DNA of 64,000 nt from Bacilli bacterium (GCA_024408655.1 JAKSUV010000003.1:74674-138673), one strand, 5' to 3'. Positions 26,791-36,409 are shown, counted from the first letter of the stretch. Notes: generated by a model from the letters alone, not told the origin. Made by a program: numbers and translations.

Positions 26791-29197
26791 TTTTAACCTT
26801 CTTTAAGTGCCAAATTTCATCGTTATATTGTTCGATGGTGCGGTCACTAGAGAATGTGCCACTACCAGCAATATTATTAAGTGACATCTCCGCCCATTTC
26901 TTTTTATCTAAATAAAGCGCGTCAATCTTTTTGTGGGCTTCCACATACGCTTCAAAATCCTTAAAGACAAAGAATTCATCACGCTTATTCATAATTTCAT
27001 CAAAGATGGGACGGAACTGATTGGGGTCACGGCTCCATGGTCCATTAAATAAACCGTCCATCACGCGGTGGATCATGTTGTCTTTCGTGTAAATATCCCA
27101 CGGATTATATTGACCACTGGATTTTAATTTATCGACTTCTTCCGCTTTTAGGCCAAAGATAACGCTATTACCTTTCCCCGCTAATTCGGCGATTTCAATA
27201 TTCGCTCCATCTAGCGTACCTAACGTAATCGCACCATTCATCATGAGCTTCATGTTACTAGTGCCACTCGCTTCATAGCCAGCGGTAGAAATTTGTTCAC
27301 TTACATCCGCGGCCGGAATAATCTTTTCCGCTAAGGTCACGCCATAGTTTTCGACGAAAACAATCTTAATGTATTTACTAACGACGGGATCATTATTCAC
27401 GACTTTCGCCACGCTTAAGATTAATTCAATAATCTTCTTAGCAAAGTAATAACTTGGTGCGGCTTTCGCCCCAAAAATATAAGTATGCGGGACAAAGTCC
27501 TTCGCCGCTACTGGATTCTCCTTGATTATGTAGTATAGATACATAATATGAAGAATATTTAAGAGTTGCCGCTTATAAGCGTGAAGACGCTTAATCTGAA
27601 CGTCGAAGATTGAATTCGGATCAATATCAATGTGATAGTGATCTAAACAATATTTCGCGAACTCCACTTTATTATCATGTTTAATCTTCATAAGTTTTGT
27701 TAAGGTGGCGTTATCTTTACTAAATTTCCGTAAATCCGCTAACTTCATAGGATCATTAATCCAGGCATCGGTAATCTTCTTATTTAAGAATTTAGCGAGT
27801 TCAGGGTTAGCGTTAAGTAACCACCGACGATGGGTCACGCCGTTTGTCTTATTATTAAATTTCTTCGGGAAGAGTTTATAGAAATCATGGAAGGTCACGC
27901 GTTTTAAAATTTCGCTATGGATTTTCGCGACACCATTAATGCTATAAGAGGCATAGACGGCTAAGTTCGCCATATGGACTTGTCCATCTTTAATAATACT
28001 GACGTTATATTTCACTTGGTTGTCAACGCCTTTATTATTAAGTTCTACCATAAGGCGCCGGTGCATTTCTTCAATGATGGTATAACACCGGGGAATAAGC
28101 CGTTGCATCATATGAATCGGCCAACGTTCAAGGGCTTCTGGAAGAATGGTGTGATTCGTGTAAGCGATACAAGATTTCACAATCTCCCAGGCTTTATCCC
28201 AACCATAATCATGTTCGTCCATTAATAAACGCATTAATTCAGGAATCGCTAAGACGGGATGAGTGTCATTTAAATGGAACACATAGGCGTCCGCTAAATT
28301 ATCAAGGGTTTTATATTGCCGTAAATGACCGCGAATCACCGATTGTAAACCCGCGGAAACTAAGAAATATTCTTGTTTTAAACGGAGGAGTTTACCATCT
28401 TCGTAGCTATCATCAGGATAAAGCGAACGACAAATTTCTTTTACTTCGTATAAGTAATGATTAATATCAGTTCCTTCCGGTAAAAGTTCAGTACTTGGCT
28501 CGGCGCTCCAAAGTCTTAAAGTGTTGGCGACCCCGTTACGATAACCCACAACACTCACATCATATGGCATCGCTAAGATTGGTACCGCACCCGCGGTCCG
28601 CATTGCAAAATTGCCGTTTTCTTTAATATAGGTTTCGCTATAGCCATAAAATTGAACAGTGACCGCGTGCTTTGGTTTTCTGACTTCAAAAACATAGCCT
28701 TTTGTTAACCATTCATCAGGGATTTCCCGTTGATAACCTTTGTTTAAGATTTGGCGGAAAAAACCATATTCAAAACGTAACGCGTTACCATGTCCTGGAT
28801 AACCAAGACTTGCGATGGAGTCAAGGAAACACGCCGCTAAGCGACCTAGACCCCCATTACCTAATCCGGCATCGCTTTCCATTTCTTCAAGTTCGTGAAT
28901 ATTGATATTTAATTCGGCTAAGCCTTTTTTAGCAATTTCGTAGATACCAAGATTTTGCATGTTATTCACAAGTAAACGACCGATTAAGAATTCCATCGAA
29001 AAATAGACGAGTTGTTTTTCTTTGTTCGCCACTACTAAATCATGAGTAGTGCGGTATTGACTACCCGCGTAGTCTCTCACCATTTCACCTAAAATATCAT
29101 AACGTTCAGTAATATGACTTTGCTCCACTGACCGACCAAATTTTTGGTTCAAACGCTCAGTAAATTCTTTTTTAAAAGACTCTTTGCTTTTAAACAT
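26780..29197 (-). CDS. glgP: glycogen/maltodextrin phosphorylase
   Basis: 805 aa with the PLP-lysine motif EASGTSNMK and the GLGNGGLGRLAACFLDS motif. Confidence 0.95.
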   Translation of the reverse strand: MFKSKESFKKEFTERLNQKFGRSVEQSHITERYDILGEMVRDYAGSQYRTTHDLVVANKEKQLVYFSMEFLIGRLLVNNMQNLGIYEIAKKGLAELNINIHELEEMESDAGLGNGGLGRLAACFLDSIASLGYPGHGNALRFEYGFFRQILNKGYQREIPDEWLTKGYVFEVRKPKHAVTVQFYGYSETYIKENGNFAMRTAGAVPILAMPYDVSVVGYRNGVANTLRLWSAEPSTELLPEGTDINHYLYEVKEICRSLYPDDSYEDGKLLRLKQEYFLVSAGLQSVIRGHLRQYKTLDNLADAYVFHLNDTHPVLAIPELMRLLMDEHDYGWDKAWEIVKSCIAYTNHTILPEALERWPIHMMQRLIPRCYTIIEEMHRRLMVELNNKGVDNQVKYNVSIIKDGQVHMANLAVYASYSINGVAKIHSEILKRVTFHDFYKLFPKKFNNKTNGVTHRRWLLNANPELAKFLNKKITDAWINDPMKLADLRKFSKDNATLTKLMKIKHDNKVEFAKYCLDHYHIDIDPNSIFDVQIKRLHAYKRQLLNILHIMYLYYIIKENPVAAKDFVPHTYIFGAKAAPSYYFAKKIIELILSVAKVVNNDPVVSKYIKIVFVENYGVTLAEKIIPAADVSEQISTAGYEASGTSNMKLMMNGAITLGTLDGANIEIAELAGKGNSVIFGLKAEEVDKLKSSGQYNPWDIYTKDNMIHRVMDGLFNGPWSRDPNQFRPIFDEIMNKRDEFFVFKDFEAYVEAHKKIDALYLDKKKWAEMSLNNIAGSGTFSSDRTIEQYNDEIWHLKKVKNAH

Positions 29198-29214
29198 AAT
29201 TAAATCTCCTTTTT

Positions 29215-31050
29215 TTACTTGCCTTTATATTTAAAGATACACGCCCCAAACGATGCTAATTTGATTGTCATCTTGTAGGGCTTATTTTCTGGACCACCTG
29301 GCGCAGTATGTAAGGCTAAACCATTATATTGGTTCCAACCACCATATACATCTTTATCGCTATTAAAGATTTCTTCATAAGTACCTGGACGCGTCATTCC
29401 AACATCATAATCTGGATAGAAGTTTCCAGTCATATTAAAGATAAAGATTAAATGTGAATCATTCACCCGCCGTTCAAAAGCGAACACACTTTGATTCGCG
29501 TTATCGACCATTAACCAGTTAAAGTGAATCGGGTTATGTTCTTCGACGTGCATCGCCGGTTCGTGACGATAAATTAAGTTTAAGTCCCGGACCACCCGGG
29601 TAATGCTATCGTGCTTCGGGAAGGTGCGTAAATTCCACGGTAAGGATTTACTTTCGTCCCATTCATCAAAGCTCGCAAGTTCGTTACCCATGAAGCTTAA
29701 CTTCTTCCCGGGATGAGCGAATTGATAAGCGTAGAGGTTACGTAATAAGGCAAACTTTTGATCATAGTCGCCCCAAATTTTATTAATCACGGTGCCTTTT
29801 CCGTGCACCACTTCATCGTGACTTAACGGTAATAAGAAATTCTCGCTAAAGAAATAGGCCATTGAGAAGGTTAAAAGATTATGTTCATAACTTTTATAAA
29901 TCGGGTCTTTACTATAATATTTTAAGGTATCATTCATCCACCCTAAATCCCATTTATAATCAAAACCTAAGCCACCAAATTCAATCGGCCGCGTAACACC
30001 TAAATAATCAGTGCTATCTTCGGCAATCATCATTAACGATGGGTGGACATAATGGAGTTTACCATTGAGCCGCCGTAAGAATTCGGTTGCCCCGGTATTT
30101 TCTCCATTCATCTTATTGCCATCCCAGAATAATAAATTACTCACCGCATCCACGCGAATGCCATCCACGTGACAATAACAAGCGTAATAATTCATCGCGC
30201 TCATTAAGAAGGAACGAACTGGGTCTTTACCTAAATCAAATTGTGCGCTCCCCCAAGGGGAGAAAGTGTGTTTTGAATCACTATATTCATACATATGGGT
30301 GCCATCGTAATTAAAAAGGGCCCATTCGTCTTTCGCAAAATGAACTGGTGCAAAGTCCATAATGACACCAATTCCCGCTTGGTGCATCCGGTCAACGAAA
30401 CTCATAAATTGTTTTGGATTACCATACCGGGAATCAATCGAGAAGAAGCCGGTGGCTTGATATCCCCAAGAACCATCAAAGGGATATTGGCATAAGGGCA
30501 TAATCTCAACGTGGGTGTAACCTAATTCTTGCATATAAGGAATTAGATAATCAGCGATTTCTTCGTAAGAAATATTCCGGTTATTCACTTTCCCTTTCCA
30601 AGAACCAAGATGAATTTCGTAAATACTCATCGGACGATCAAAGTTACGGGTTTGGGTCCGCATAAATTGGTCATCGTGCCAAATAAAGTTTTCAATATCA
30701 AATAAACGCGAGGTTGTATCCGGACGCATTTGGGAACAGAAGGCAAAGGGGTCAATTTTATCGACATATTTTCCATTCGCGTTTTTAAAATGGAATTTAT
30801 ACGATTGATAGTCTTTAAGGTTCGGGATAAATAATTCCCACACCCCGGCTTCATCAATCTTATTCATTTTGTGTTTACTAGGATTCCAATCGTTCCATTC
30901 ACCAATAATTGAGACATCACTGGCTTGTGGAGCGTATAAACGAAACATGACGCCCGCTTTCTTATCAACCTTCGTAAAATGGGCGCCAAAATAACGGAAA
31001 CCGTCAATCGATTGACCCATCAAATAATCATAAAGTAAACCGTAGGCCAT
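29215..31050 (-). CDS. glgB: 1,4-alpha-glucan branching enzyme
   Basis: GH13 motifs DFAPVHF, GIRVDAV, AEDST and SHDEVVHGK; 611 aa. Confidence 0.93.
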   Translation of the reverse strand: MAYGLLYDYLMGQSIDGFRYFGAHFTKVDKKAGVMFRLYAPQASDVSIIGEWNDWNPSKHKMNKIDEAGVWELFIPNLKDYQSYKFHFKNANGKYVDKIDPFAFCSQMRPDTTSRLFDIENFIWHDDQFMRTQTRNFDRPMSIYEIHLGSWKGKVNNRNISYEEIADYLIPYMQELGYTHVEIMPLCQYPFDGSWGYQATGFFSIDSRYGNPKQFMSFVDRMHQAGIGVIMDFAPVHFAKDEWALFNYDGTHMYEYSDSKHTFSPWGSAQFDLGKDPVRSFLMSAMNYYACYCHVDGIRVDAVSNLLFWDGNKMNGENTGATEFLRRLNGKLHYVHPSLMMIAEDSTDYLGVTRPIEFGGLGFDYKWDLGWMNDTLKYYSKDPIYKSYEHNLLTFSMAYFFSENFLLPLSHDEVVHGKGTVINKIWGDYDQKFALLRNLYAYQFAHPGKKLSFMGNELASFDEWDESKSLPWNLRTFPKHDSITRVVRDLNLIYRHEPAMHVEEHNPIHFNWLMVDNANQSVFAFERRVNDSHLIFIFNMTGNFYPDYDVGMTRPGTYEEIFNSDKDVYGGWNQYNGLALHTAPGGPENKPYKMTIKLASFGACIFKYKGK

Positions 31051-31148
31051 AATTTATCTTTTTTCCTAACATAATTATAAATGAAAATCACAAAAATTGC
31101 TTAATTGTTTAATGAACATTAAAATATATACGGATTAGGAGTTTTTTT

Positions 31149-32354
31149 ATGGCAAAAGTAATGGCAGTCAACGCTGGTAGCAGTTCCTTAAAATTTAAAT
31201 TATACGAGATGCCCGAAGAAAAAGTTATTTGTTCAGGGCTCGCGGACCGGATTGGTCATGATGACGCAATCTTTTCAATTAAATATAATGGTAAAAAAGA
31301 CGAAAAAGTCTTACCAATCTTAGATCACGCTTTCGCGGTGAAACTTTTATTAGACGCTTTAATTAACCTCGGGATTATTAAAGATCTTAACGAAATTAAA
31401 GCAACTGGTCACCGCATCGTTCAAGGTGGTAAATATTTCTCGCATTCTGAAGAATTTAACGAAGATACCGAAAAGAAAATTGAATCTTTAATTCCCTTAG
31501 CGCCACTTCATAATGGCGCGCACCTCGTTGGTTTCCGGGCGTTTAAGAAAGTGCTCCCGAATGTTCCAGCGGTCGCGGTGTTTGATACTGCCTTCCACCA
31601 AAGTATGGCAGAAGAAGATTATATCTTCCCCATTCCCTATGAATATAGTGAAAAATACGATATCCGTCGTTATGGCGCACACGGCACCAGCCATAACTAT
31701 TTAGCCTTAGAAGCAAAGAAATATTTAAAGGATGTTGCTCATCCAAGAATCATTTCTTGTCATTTAGGTAGTGGCGCAAGCATTACCGCGATTAAAGATT
31801 ATAAGTGTGTCGCAACTTCGATGGGCTTAACTCCATTAGGTGGCATTATGATGGGCACGAGAACTGGTGATATTGATCCCAGTGTCTTTAATTATCTTGT
31901 GACTTGTACTGGTAAATCCGCCGAAGAAATCTACCAAATCATGAATAAAAAATCTGGTTTCTTAGGTGTTTCAGGTGTTTCTAACGATAGCCGCGATATC
32001 TTAAAAGCGGAAGCAGAAGGAAATAAGCGCGCGCATTTAGCCAACCTCCTTTTCTACCGCCGGGTGTTAGATTATATTGGTCAATATTATGTTCGTTTAG
32101 GCGGTTGTGATTTAATTATCTTCTCCGCTGGTATCGGCGAAAATAGCGATATCTACCGCGAAAAGATTTGTGAAGGTTTAAAGGAACCATTCGGGGTCGT
32201 AATTGATAAGAAAGTGAATACGGGCTTACGCGGAAAAGAGGCGATCATTAGCGCTCCCGAAAGTAAAATTAAAGTGGTCTTAATCCCGACTGACGAAGAA
32301 GTGATGATTGCGCGTGATGCTTATGCACTCTTAAAAAAGAAAGGCGCCGCATGA
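31149..32354 (+). CDS. ackA: acetate kinase
   Basis: VMAVNAGSSSLKFKLY, HRIVQGG and LIFSAGIGENS. Confidence 0.97.
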   Translation: MAKVMAVNAGSSSLKFKLYEMPEEKVICSGLADRIGHDDAIFSIKYNGKKDEKVLPILDHAFAVKLLLDALINLGIIKDLNEIKATGHRIVQGGKYFSHSEEFNEDTEKKIESLIPLAPLHNGAHLVGFRAFKKVLPNVPAVAVFDTAFHQSMAEEDYIFPIPYEYSEKYDIRRYGAHGTSHNYLALEAKKYLKDVAHPRIISCHLGSGASITAIKDYKCVATSMGLTPLGGIMMGTRTGDIDPSVFNYLVTCTGKSAEEIYQIMNKKSGFLGVSGVSNDSRDILKAEAEGNKRAHLANLLFYRRVLDYIGQYYVRLGGCDLIIFSAGIGENSDIYREKICEGLKEPFGVVIDKKVNTGLRGKEAIISAPESKIKVVLIPTDEEVMIARDAYALLKKKGAA

Positions 32355-33331
32355 ACGACTTTATTACGCCCTTTCAAAAAGCGCACTTAAAGGAATATAA
32401 GGCGGTTTTAAACGCCATCCGGGAATATAAAAAGATTGCCATTTTTCGTCACATCCACCCCGACTTTGACGCATTAGGTAGCGCCTATGGTTTAAAAGAA
32501 TGGATCCACGCGAATTTTATGGATAAAGACATTAAAGTCTTAGGCGATAATCATGATGATTTAACGCCGCGTTTATATCCAAAAACTAACACGGTTCCGA
32601 ATAGTTGGTTTATGGAACCATTCTTAGCGATTATTCTTGATACGCCGAATAAACGACGGATTGCTGATCCTCGTTATGTTCACGCCGAATTTACTATTAA
32701 AATTGACCACCACCCGTTTATCGAAGGAATTGGTGATATTGAACTCATTAATCATCAAGTCACTAGTACGGCTGAACTATTAGTGGATATGTTACTTTCT
32801 TATAAAATGAAACTATGTCAAAAAGCTGCTCGTTATTTTTATACCGGGATTGTTGGCGATTCTGGTCGTTTTGAATATACGCCGACGAATTCTCATACCT
32901 TTGAAATTGCTGACCATTTAGTGAGTACGGGCTTTGATTTAAACGAAGTTTACCGTGCGATGTATTTACGGGAACAAAATGATTTAACCGTTATCTCTTA
33001 TATTCTTAGTCACTACCAATTATCAAAACATGGCGTGGCCTACTTTATCTTAACGAAAAAAGAATTAGCGAAATTTCGTATCACCACGAACCAAGGTAAA
33101 GACCACGTGAATCTCTTCCACTATGTGAACGGGATTCATATTTGGTGTGCGATTACAGAAGATTTAAAAGAAAAATGTTTCCGCGTATCACTAAGAAGCG
33201 AGACGATTGATATCTCAAAAGTCGCGAGTAAATGGCGCGGGGGCGGGCACAAAAACGCGAGTGGCGCTAAACTTACTTCGCTTAGCGAACTCGATGATTT
33301 TATTAACGATTTAGATCAATTAATTAGGTAA
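32351..33331 (+). CDS. nrnA: DHH/DHHA1 phosphoesterase (NrnA-type oligoribonuclease/pAp phosphatase)
   Basis: HIHPDFDALGS, IDHH and GGGHKNASGA. The start overlaps the ackA stop (ATGA). Confidence 0.8.
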   Translation: MNDFITPFQKAHLKEYKAVLNAIREYKKIAIFRHIHPDFDALGSAYGLKEWIHANFMDKDIKVLGDNHDDLTPRLYPKTNTVPNSWFMEPFLAIILDTPNKRRIADPRYVHAEFTIKIDHHPFIEGIGDIELINHQVTSTAELLVDMLLSYKMKLCQKAARYFYTGIVGDSGRFEYTPTNSHTFEIADHLVSTGFDLNEVYRAMYLREQNDLTVISYILSHYQLSKHGVAYFILTKKELAKFRITTNQGKDHVNLFHYVNGIHIWCAITEDLKEKCFRVSLRSETIDISKVASKWRGGGHKNASGAKLTSLSELDDFINDLDQLIR

Positions 33332-33664
33332 TTTTCTTAAACCGTTATAATCAAGGCGTTGATCAATGCGGTCAATGCGTGCTTCAAGACCGTCGATCCG
33401 TGTTTCAAGACCATCAATCCGCGTGTTAACTTGTTTAAACCCGGCGTTCATTTCGCTTCTTAAGCTATTTAGGCCATTACTAAGCCCATCAATCTTTTCG
33501 ACTAACTGAGCTATGGTTATTCTCTTTGTCTTCTTTTTCATCACTGTCTTACCGGGTGTTCCTTTAACTTTATAATACACCTTAAGAAATACATCTAGTG
33601 GACATTTTTTTAAAATCTCCATTACTTTTAATGCATTCATGAATTCACTTTCATATTTCTCCAT
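33320..33664 (-). CDS. small coiled-coil protein, copy 1 (114 aa), unknown family
   Basis: An AGGAGG SD lies 6 nt before the ATG. The C-terminus reads GFKQVNTRIDGLETRIDGLEARIDRIDQRLDYNGLRKLPN. Confidence 0.7.
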   Translation of the reverse strand: MEKYESEFMNALKVMEILKKCPLDVFLKVYYKVKGTPGKTVMKKKTKRITIAQLVEKIDGLSNGLNSLRSEMNAGFKQVNTRIDGLETRIDGLEARIDRIDQRLDYNGLRKLPN

Positions 33665-33860
33665 AAAATGCCTCCTACATATACATACGTAGGAAGAACA
33701 TCTAAAGACGCGATTTTTTTAATATATTGATGGATAAATATAAAAACTACTAATCTAATCTCCCCTCACGTTGATTTATCAAGGCAAGAAAAAATATACT
33801 GCACTTATCCCTCATGGTGACATAGTCAAGGTGAGGTGGCTCCCATATTATTAAAGTGTC

Positions 33861-34175
33861 TTAATTATTAGTGGGTAACTTCTTAAGACCGTTATAATCA
33901 AGGCGTTGATCGATGCGGTCAATGCGTGCTTCAATTCTATCAATCCGTGTTTCAAGGCCGTCAATCCGCGTGTTAACTTGCTTAAAACCATCATTAACAA
34001 TCTTAGCTAATTTAGTAAGTGTCATCTTTTCTTCTTTAGGTTTATTCATAGTATTGCTTCGTCTTTTCTTTTTAATATTATCACAGATTAAAAAAGATTT
34101 TCCTCGTAAAGAAGAAAAATCTCCTTTATGAATGTTTGAAGCAGTTTTTACGGCATCTAATAACTCTCTTGGCAT
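33861..34175 (-). CDS. small coiled-coil protein, copy 2 (104 aa)
   Basis: AGGAGG SD. MPRELLDAVK... ; C-terminus GFKQVNTRIDGLETRIDRIEARIDRIDQRLDYNGLKKLPTNN. Confidence 0.7.
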   Translation of the reverse strand: MPRELLDAVKTASNIHKGDFSSLRGKSFLICDNIKKKRRSNTMNKPKEEKMTLTKLAKIVNDGFKQVNTRIDGLETRIDRIEARIDRIDQRLDYNGLKKLPTNN

Positions 34176-34302
34176 AAATGTCCTCCTACATATACATACG
34201 CAAAAAGAACACCTATAGACGCGAATTTATTAATATATTTATAGATAAGTTAAAAACCATCTATTCTCTCACGATGATCTATCAAGGCGAGGTGTTTTAT
34301 TA

Positions 34303-34575
34303 TTAATTTTTAGTAGGTAACTTCTTAAGACCGTTATAGTCTAGACGCGCTTCGATGCCATCAATCCGCGTGTTAACTTGCTTAAAACCATCATTAACAA
34401 TCTTGGCTAATTTAGTAAGTGTCATCTTTTCTTCTTTAGGTTTATTCATAGTATCGCTTCGTCTTTTCTTTTTAATATTATCACAGATTAAAAAAGATTT
34501 TCCTCGTAAAGAAGAAAAATCTCCTTTATGAATGTTTGAAGCAGTTTTTACGGCATCTAATAACTCTCTTGGCAT
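34303..34575 (-). CDS. small coiled-coil protein, copy 3 (90 aa; two heptads shorter)
   Basis: It has the same SD and MPRELL start as copy 2; the longer track ORF has no SD. The C-terminus is GFKQVNTRIDGIEARLDYNGLKKLPTKN. Confidence 0.65.
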   Translation of the reverse strand: MPRELLDAVKTASNIHKGDFSSLRGKSFLICDNIKKKRRSDTMNKPKEEKMTLTKLAKIVNDGFKQVNTRIDGIEARLDYNGLKKLPTKN

Positions 34576-34646
34576 AAACGTCCTCCTACATATACATACG
34601 TAAAAAGACCGAGACATGACGCGAATATTTTAAATAAGATTAATAA

Positions 34647-35081
34647 TTAATGATTTTCGTCAATCATATTGACGCGAGTTAAATGACGACCACCTAAGAA
34701 AGGAGTGGTTAAGAAAATATCAATGCGTCTAAGACAATCCGCTAGAGGCATAAACTTTGCCCCAAAGGAAATCGCGTTCGCGTCGTTATGTTCACGCATA
34801 AGTTTTACCACTTCATCGTGATAACCAACGCCACAACGAATACCTTTATAACGATTCACCGTCATCATAATGCCTTCACCAGTCGTACACACTAAGATAA
34901 TTCGTTCAACTTGGTGATTCACGAAAAGTTCCGCAGCTTTTTTCGCAAAGATTGGGTAGTGGCATGATTCCGTCGAATTAGTGCCACAATCAATCACCGT
35001 ATGGTCGTTTTTTAATAAATATTCTTTGATCGCTTTTTTATGATCATAGCCACCATGATCAGACGCTAGAGCAATTTTCAT
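34647..35081 (-). CDS. rpiB: ribose-5-phosphate isomerase B
   Basis: MKIALASDHGG ... CGTG.G..MT.NR..GIR pattern; 144 aa. Confidence 0.9.
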   Translation of the reverse strand: MKIALASDHGGYDHKKAIKEYLLKNDHTVIDCGTNSTESCHYPIFAKKAAELFVNHQVERIILVCTTGEGIMMTVNRYKGIRCGVGYHDEVVKLMREHNDANAISFGAKFMPLADCLRRIDIFLTTPFLGGRHLTRVNMIDENH

Positions 35082-35683
35082 AAACTGTTATAAACCTCAA
35101 TTAATCGTTTTGAAGGTATTTTACCTTCACGAACTACCTTTATTTTATCACTGATTAATAAAATGGTAGATGGTTTATCCTTTTTAATCTTGGTATAGAT
35201 AATCGCATCTAACTCTTGATTAAATTCTTTTTGAATCGCTTTTAAATTATTCATTGGCTCTTGGCCTGACCGGTTAAGTGAAGGAACTAGTAATGGTCCG
35301 GATAATTTTAAAAGATCTAAAAGGATTGGATAATCAGGGATTCTAATGCCAATTACTCCGTCTTTACTTAAATATTTAGGTAAACCTTTCTTAACTGGTA
35401 AAAGTAAAGTAAGAGAACCAGGAAACACCTTTTTTACGAATTTTAAGACCTTTTGATTAAGTTTAGCGAACTTTTTAATTTCATTAACGCTTCCAAGCAT
35501 GAGAGTGTATGGTTTATCGGGTGTGCGCTTTTTTAGTCGATTTAAGGCTTTATAAGCCTTGAAAGAGTTAAACCGGCATCCGACCCCAAAAACCGTTTCC
35601 GTGGGAAAGGCGACGAGTTTACCCTGTTTTAGAAGCTGACTCGCTTTTTTTAGATCTTCTATTTTATTTTTTAAAATAATCAT
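35078..35683 (-). CDS. tsaC: L-threonylcarbamoyladenylate synthase (YrdC/TsaC type)
   Basis: VAFPTETVFGVGC, KKRTPDKPYTLML, SLNRSGQEP. Confidence 0.8.
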   Translation of the reverse strand: MIILKNKIEDLKKASQLLKQGKLVAFPTETVFGVGCRFNSFKAYKALNRLKKRTPDKPYTLMLGSVNEIKKFAKLNQKVLKFVKKVFPGSLTLLLPVKKGLPKYLSKDGVIGIRIPDYPILLDLLKLSGPLLVPSLNRSGQEPMNNLKAIQKEFNQELDAIIYTKIKKDKPSTILLISDKIKVVREGKIPSKRLIEVYNSL

Positions 35684-35756
35684 TTTTTACTAATTATAAA
35701 TATTATACCCAATTACTATTCTGTGTGCCTTTATGATGCTTTGCCTTGGCAACCTT

Positions 35757-35785
35757 TTGCGTTTTTGAAAAAAAAATGCTATGTT
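35757..35785 (+). promoter_or_regulatory. candidate promoter of the lipoprotein gene with an A9 tract in the spacer
   Basis: TTGCGT - 17 nt (TTTTGAAAAAAAAATGC) - TATGTT with an extended -10 TG. The A9 tract is at 35768-35776. An alternative -35 (TTGAAA) overlaps the tract. Confidence 0.45.
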
Positions 35786-35809
35786 TAACTTATCAAAGGA
35801 GATATTTCT

Positions 35810-36409
35810 ATGAAAAACAAAATATTAAAATTACCATTACTAATGGTTGTACCATTATTGTTAATAGGATGTAATAAAACCAAAATTAGCAACAATGATG
35901 AACTAATGAAAGCTTTAAAATTCGAAGGCGTTAAATTAGTTCAAATCACTGAGACCGAAGGTTATAAAGGAACAGGGCATTCGGAATTATCTCCTAATGT
36001 TTATCGTGAATATGGGAGTAATGAAGGGGAAGAGTATGATTATTACGTTGCAAAAGAAGGGGAAGAGTATTGGATTTATACATATTCTCATGGGAAGTGG
36101 ACTAAAGAACAAGGAGATGAAGACTATTTCTATTCTGTAAAGGACATATACGAAAGTGGATACAAGGAAATCGTGGAAGAATATGGACTGTCTTACGATA
36201 AGCTTAAATATGACAACGGACAATATACATTCACTATAAAAACAGGGAAGGAACTTGAAGTAAAGGAATACACACTAGTGCTTAAATTCGAAGATAAAAA
36301 ATTAGTTTATACTGAATACCTCGATGATAAAGGCGAAACGCAAGAAAAATACGAATACGAATATAAAGATATAACTCCAGTGCCACCAGATGTACCTGAA
36401 CTAATATAA
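35810..36409 (+). CDS. putative lipoprotein, family not recognised
   Basis: MKNKILKLPLLMVVPLLLIGCNK is a signal peptide plus lipobox (LIG/C). An AAGGAG SD is present. The protein is Glu/Tyr/Lys-rich. Confidence 0.6.
   Translation: MKNKILKLPLLMVVPLLLIGCNKTKISNNDELMKALKFEGVKLVQITETEGYKGTGHSELSPNVYREYGSNEGEEYDYYVAKEGEEYWIYTYSHGKWTKEQGDEDYFYSVKDIYESGYKEIVEEYGLSYDKLKYDNGQYTFTIKTGKELEVKEYTLVLKFEDKKLVYTEYLDDKGETQEKYEYEYKDITPVPPDVPELI

Larger units (their letters stand above)
33320..34640 (-). repeat. tandem array of three related gene units (small coiled-coil protein family) with a shared 5'UTR/SD and terminator-like hairpins
   Basis: Units 2 and 3 are near-identical over about 230 nt, offset by 442 bp. 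All three share ACGTATGTATATGTAGGAGG before the ATG and the C-terminal coding repeat. Confidence 0.85.

Noticed and set aside
31051-31148. A catabolite-responsive element (cre) upstream of ackA (TGAAAATCACAAA).
   Set aside because: It lacks the central CG and the symmetry of the cre consensus. The resemblance is at the level expected by chance in AT-rich DNA.
33913-34131. A 72-aa plus-strand ORF antisense to copy 2 of the small coiled-coil gene.
   Set aside because: The minus-strand genes have conserved SDs, starts and repeat structure in all three copies. The antisense frame is not maintained in copies 1 and 3.
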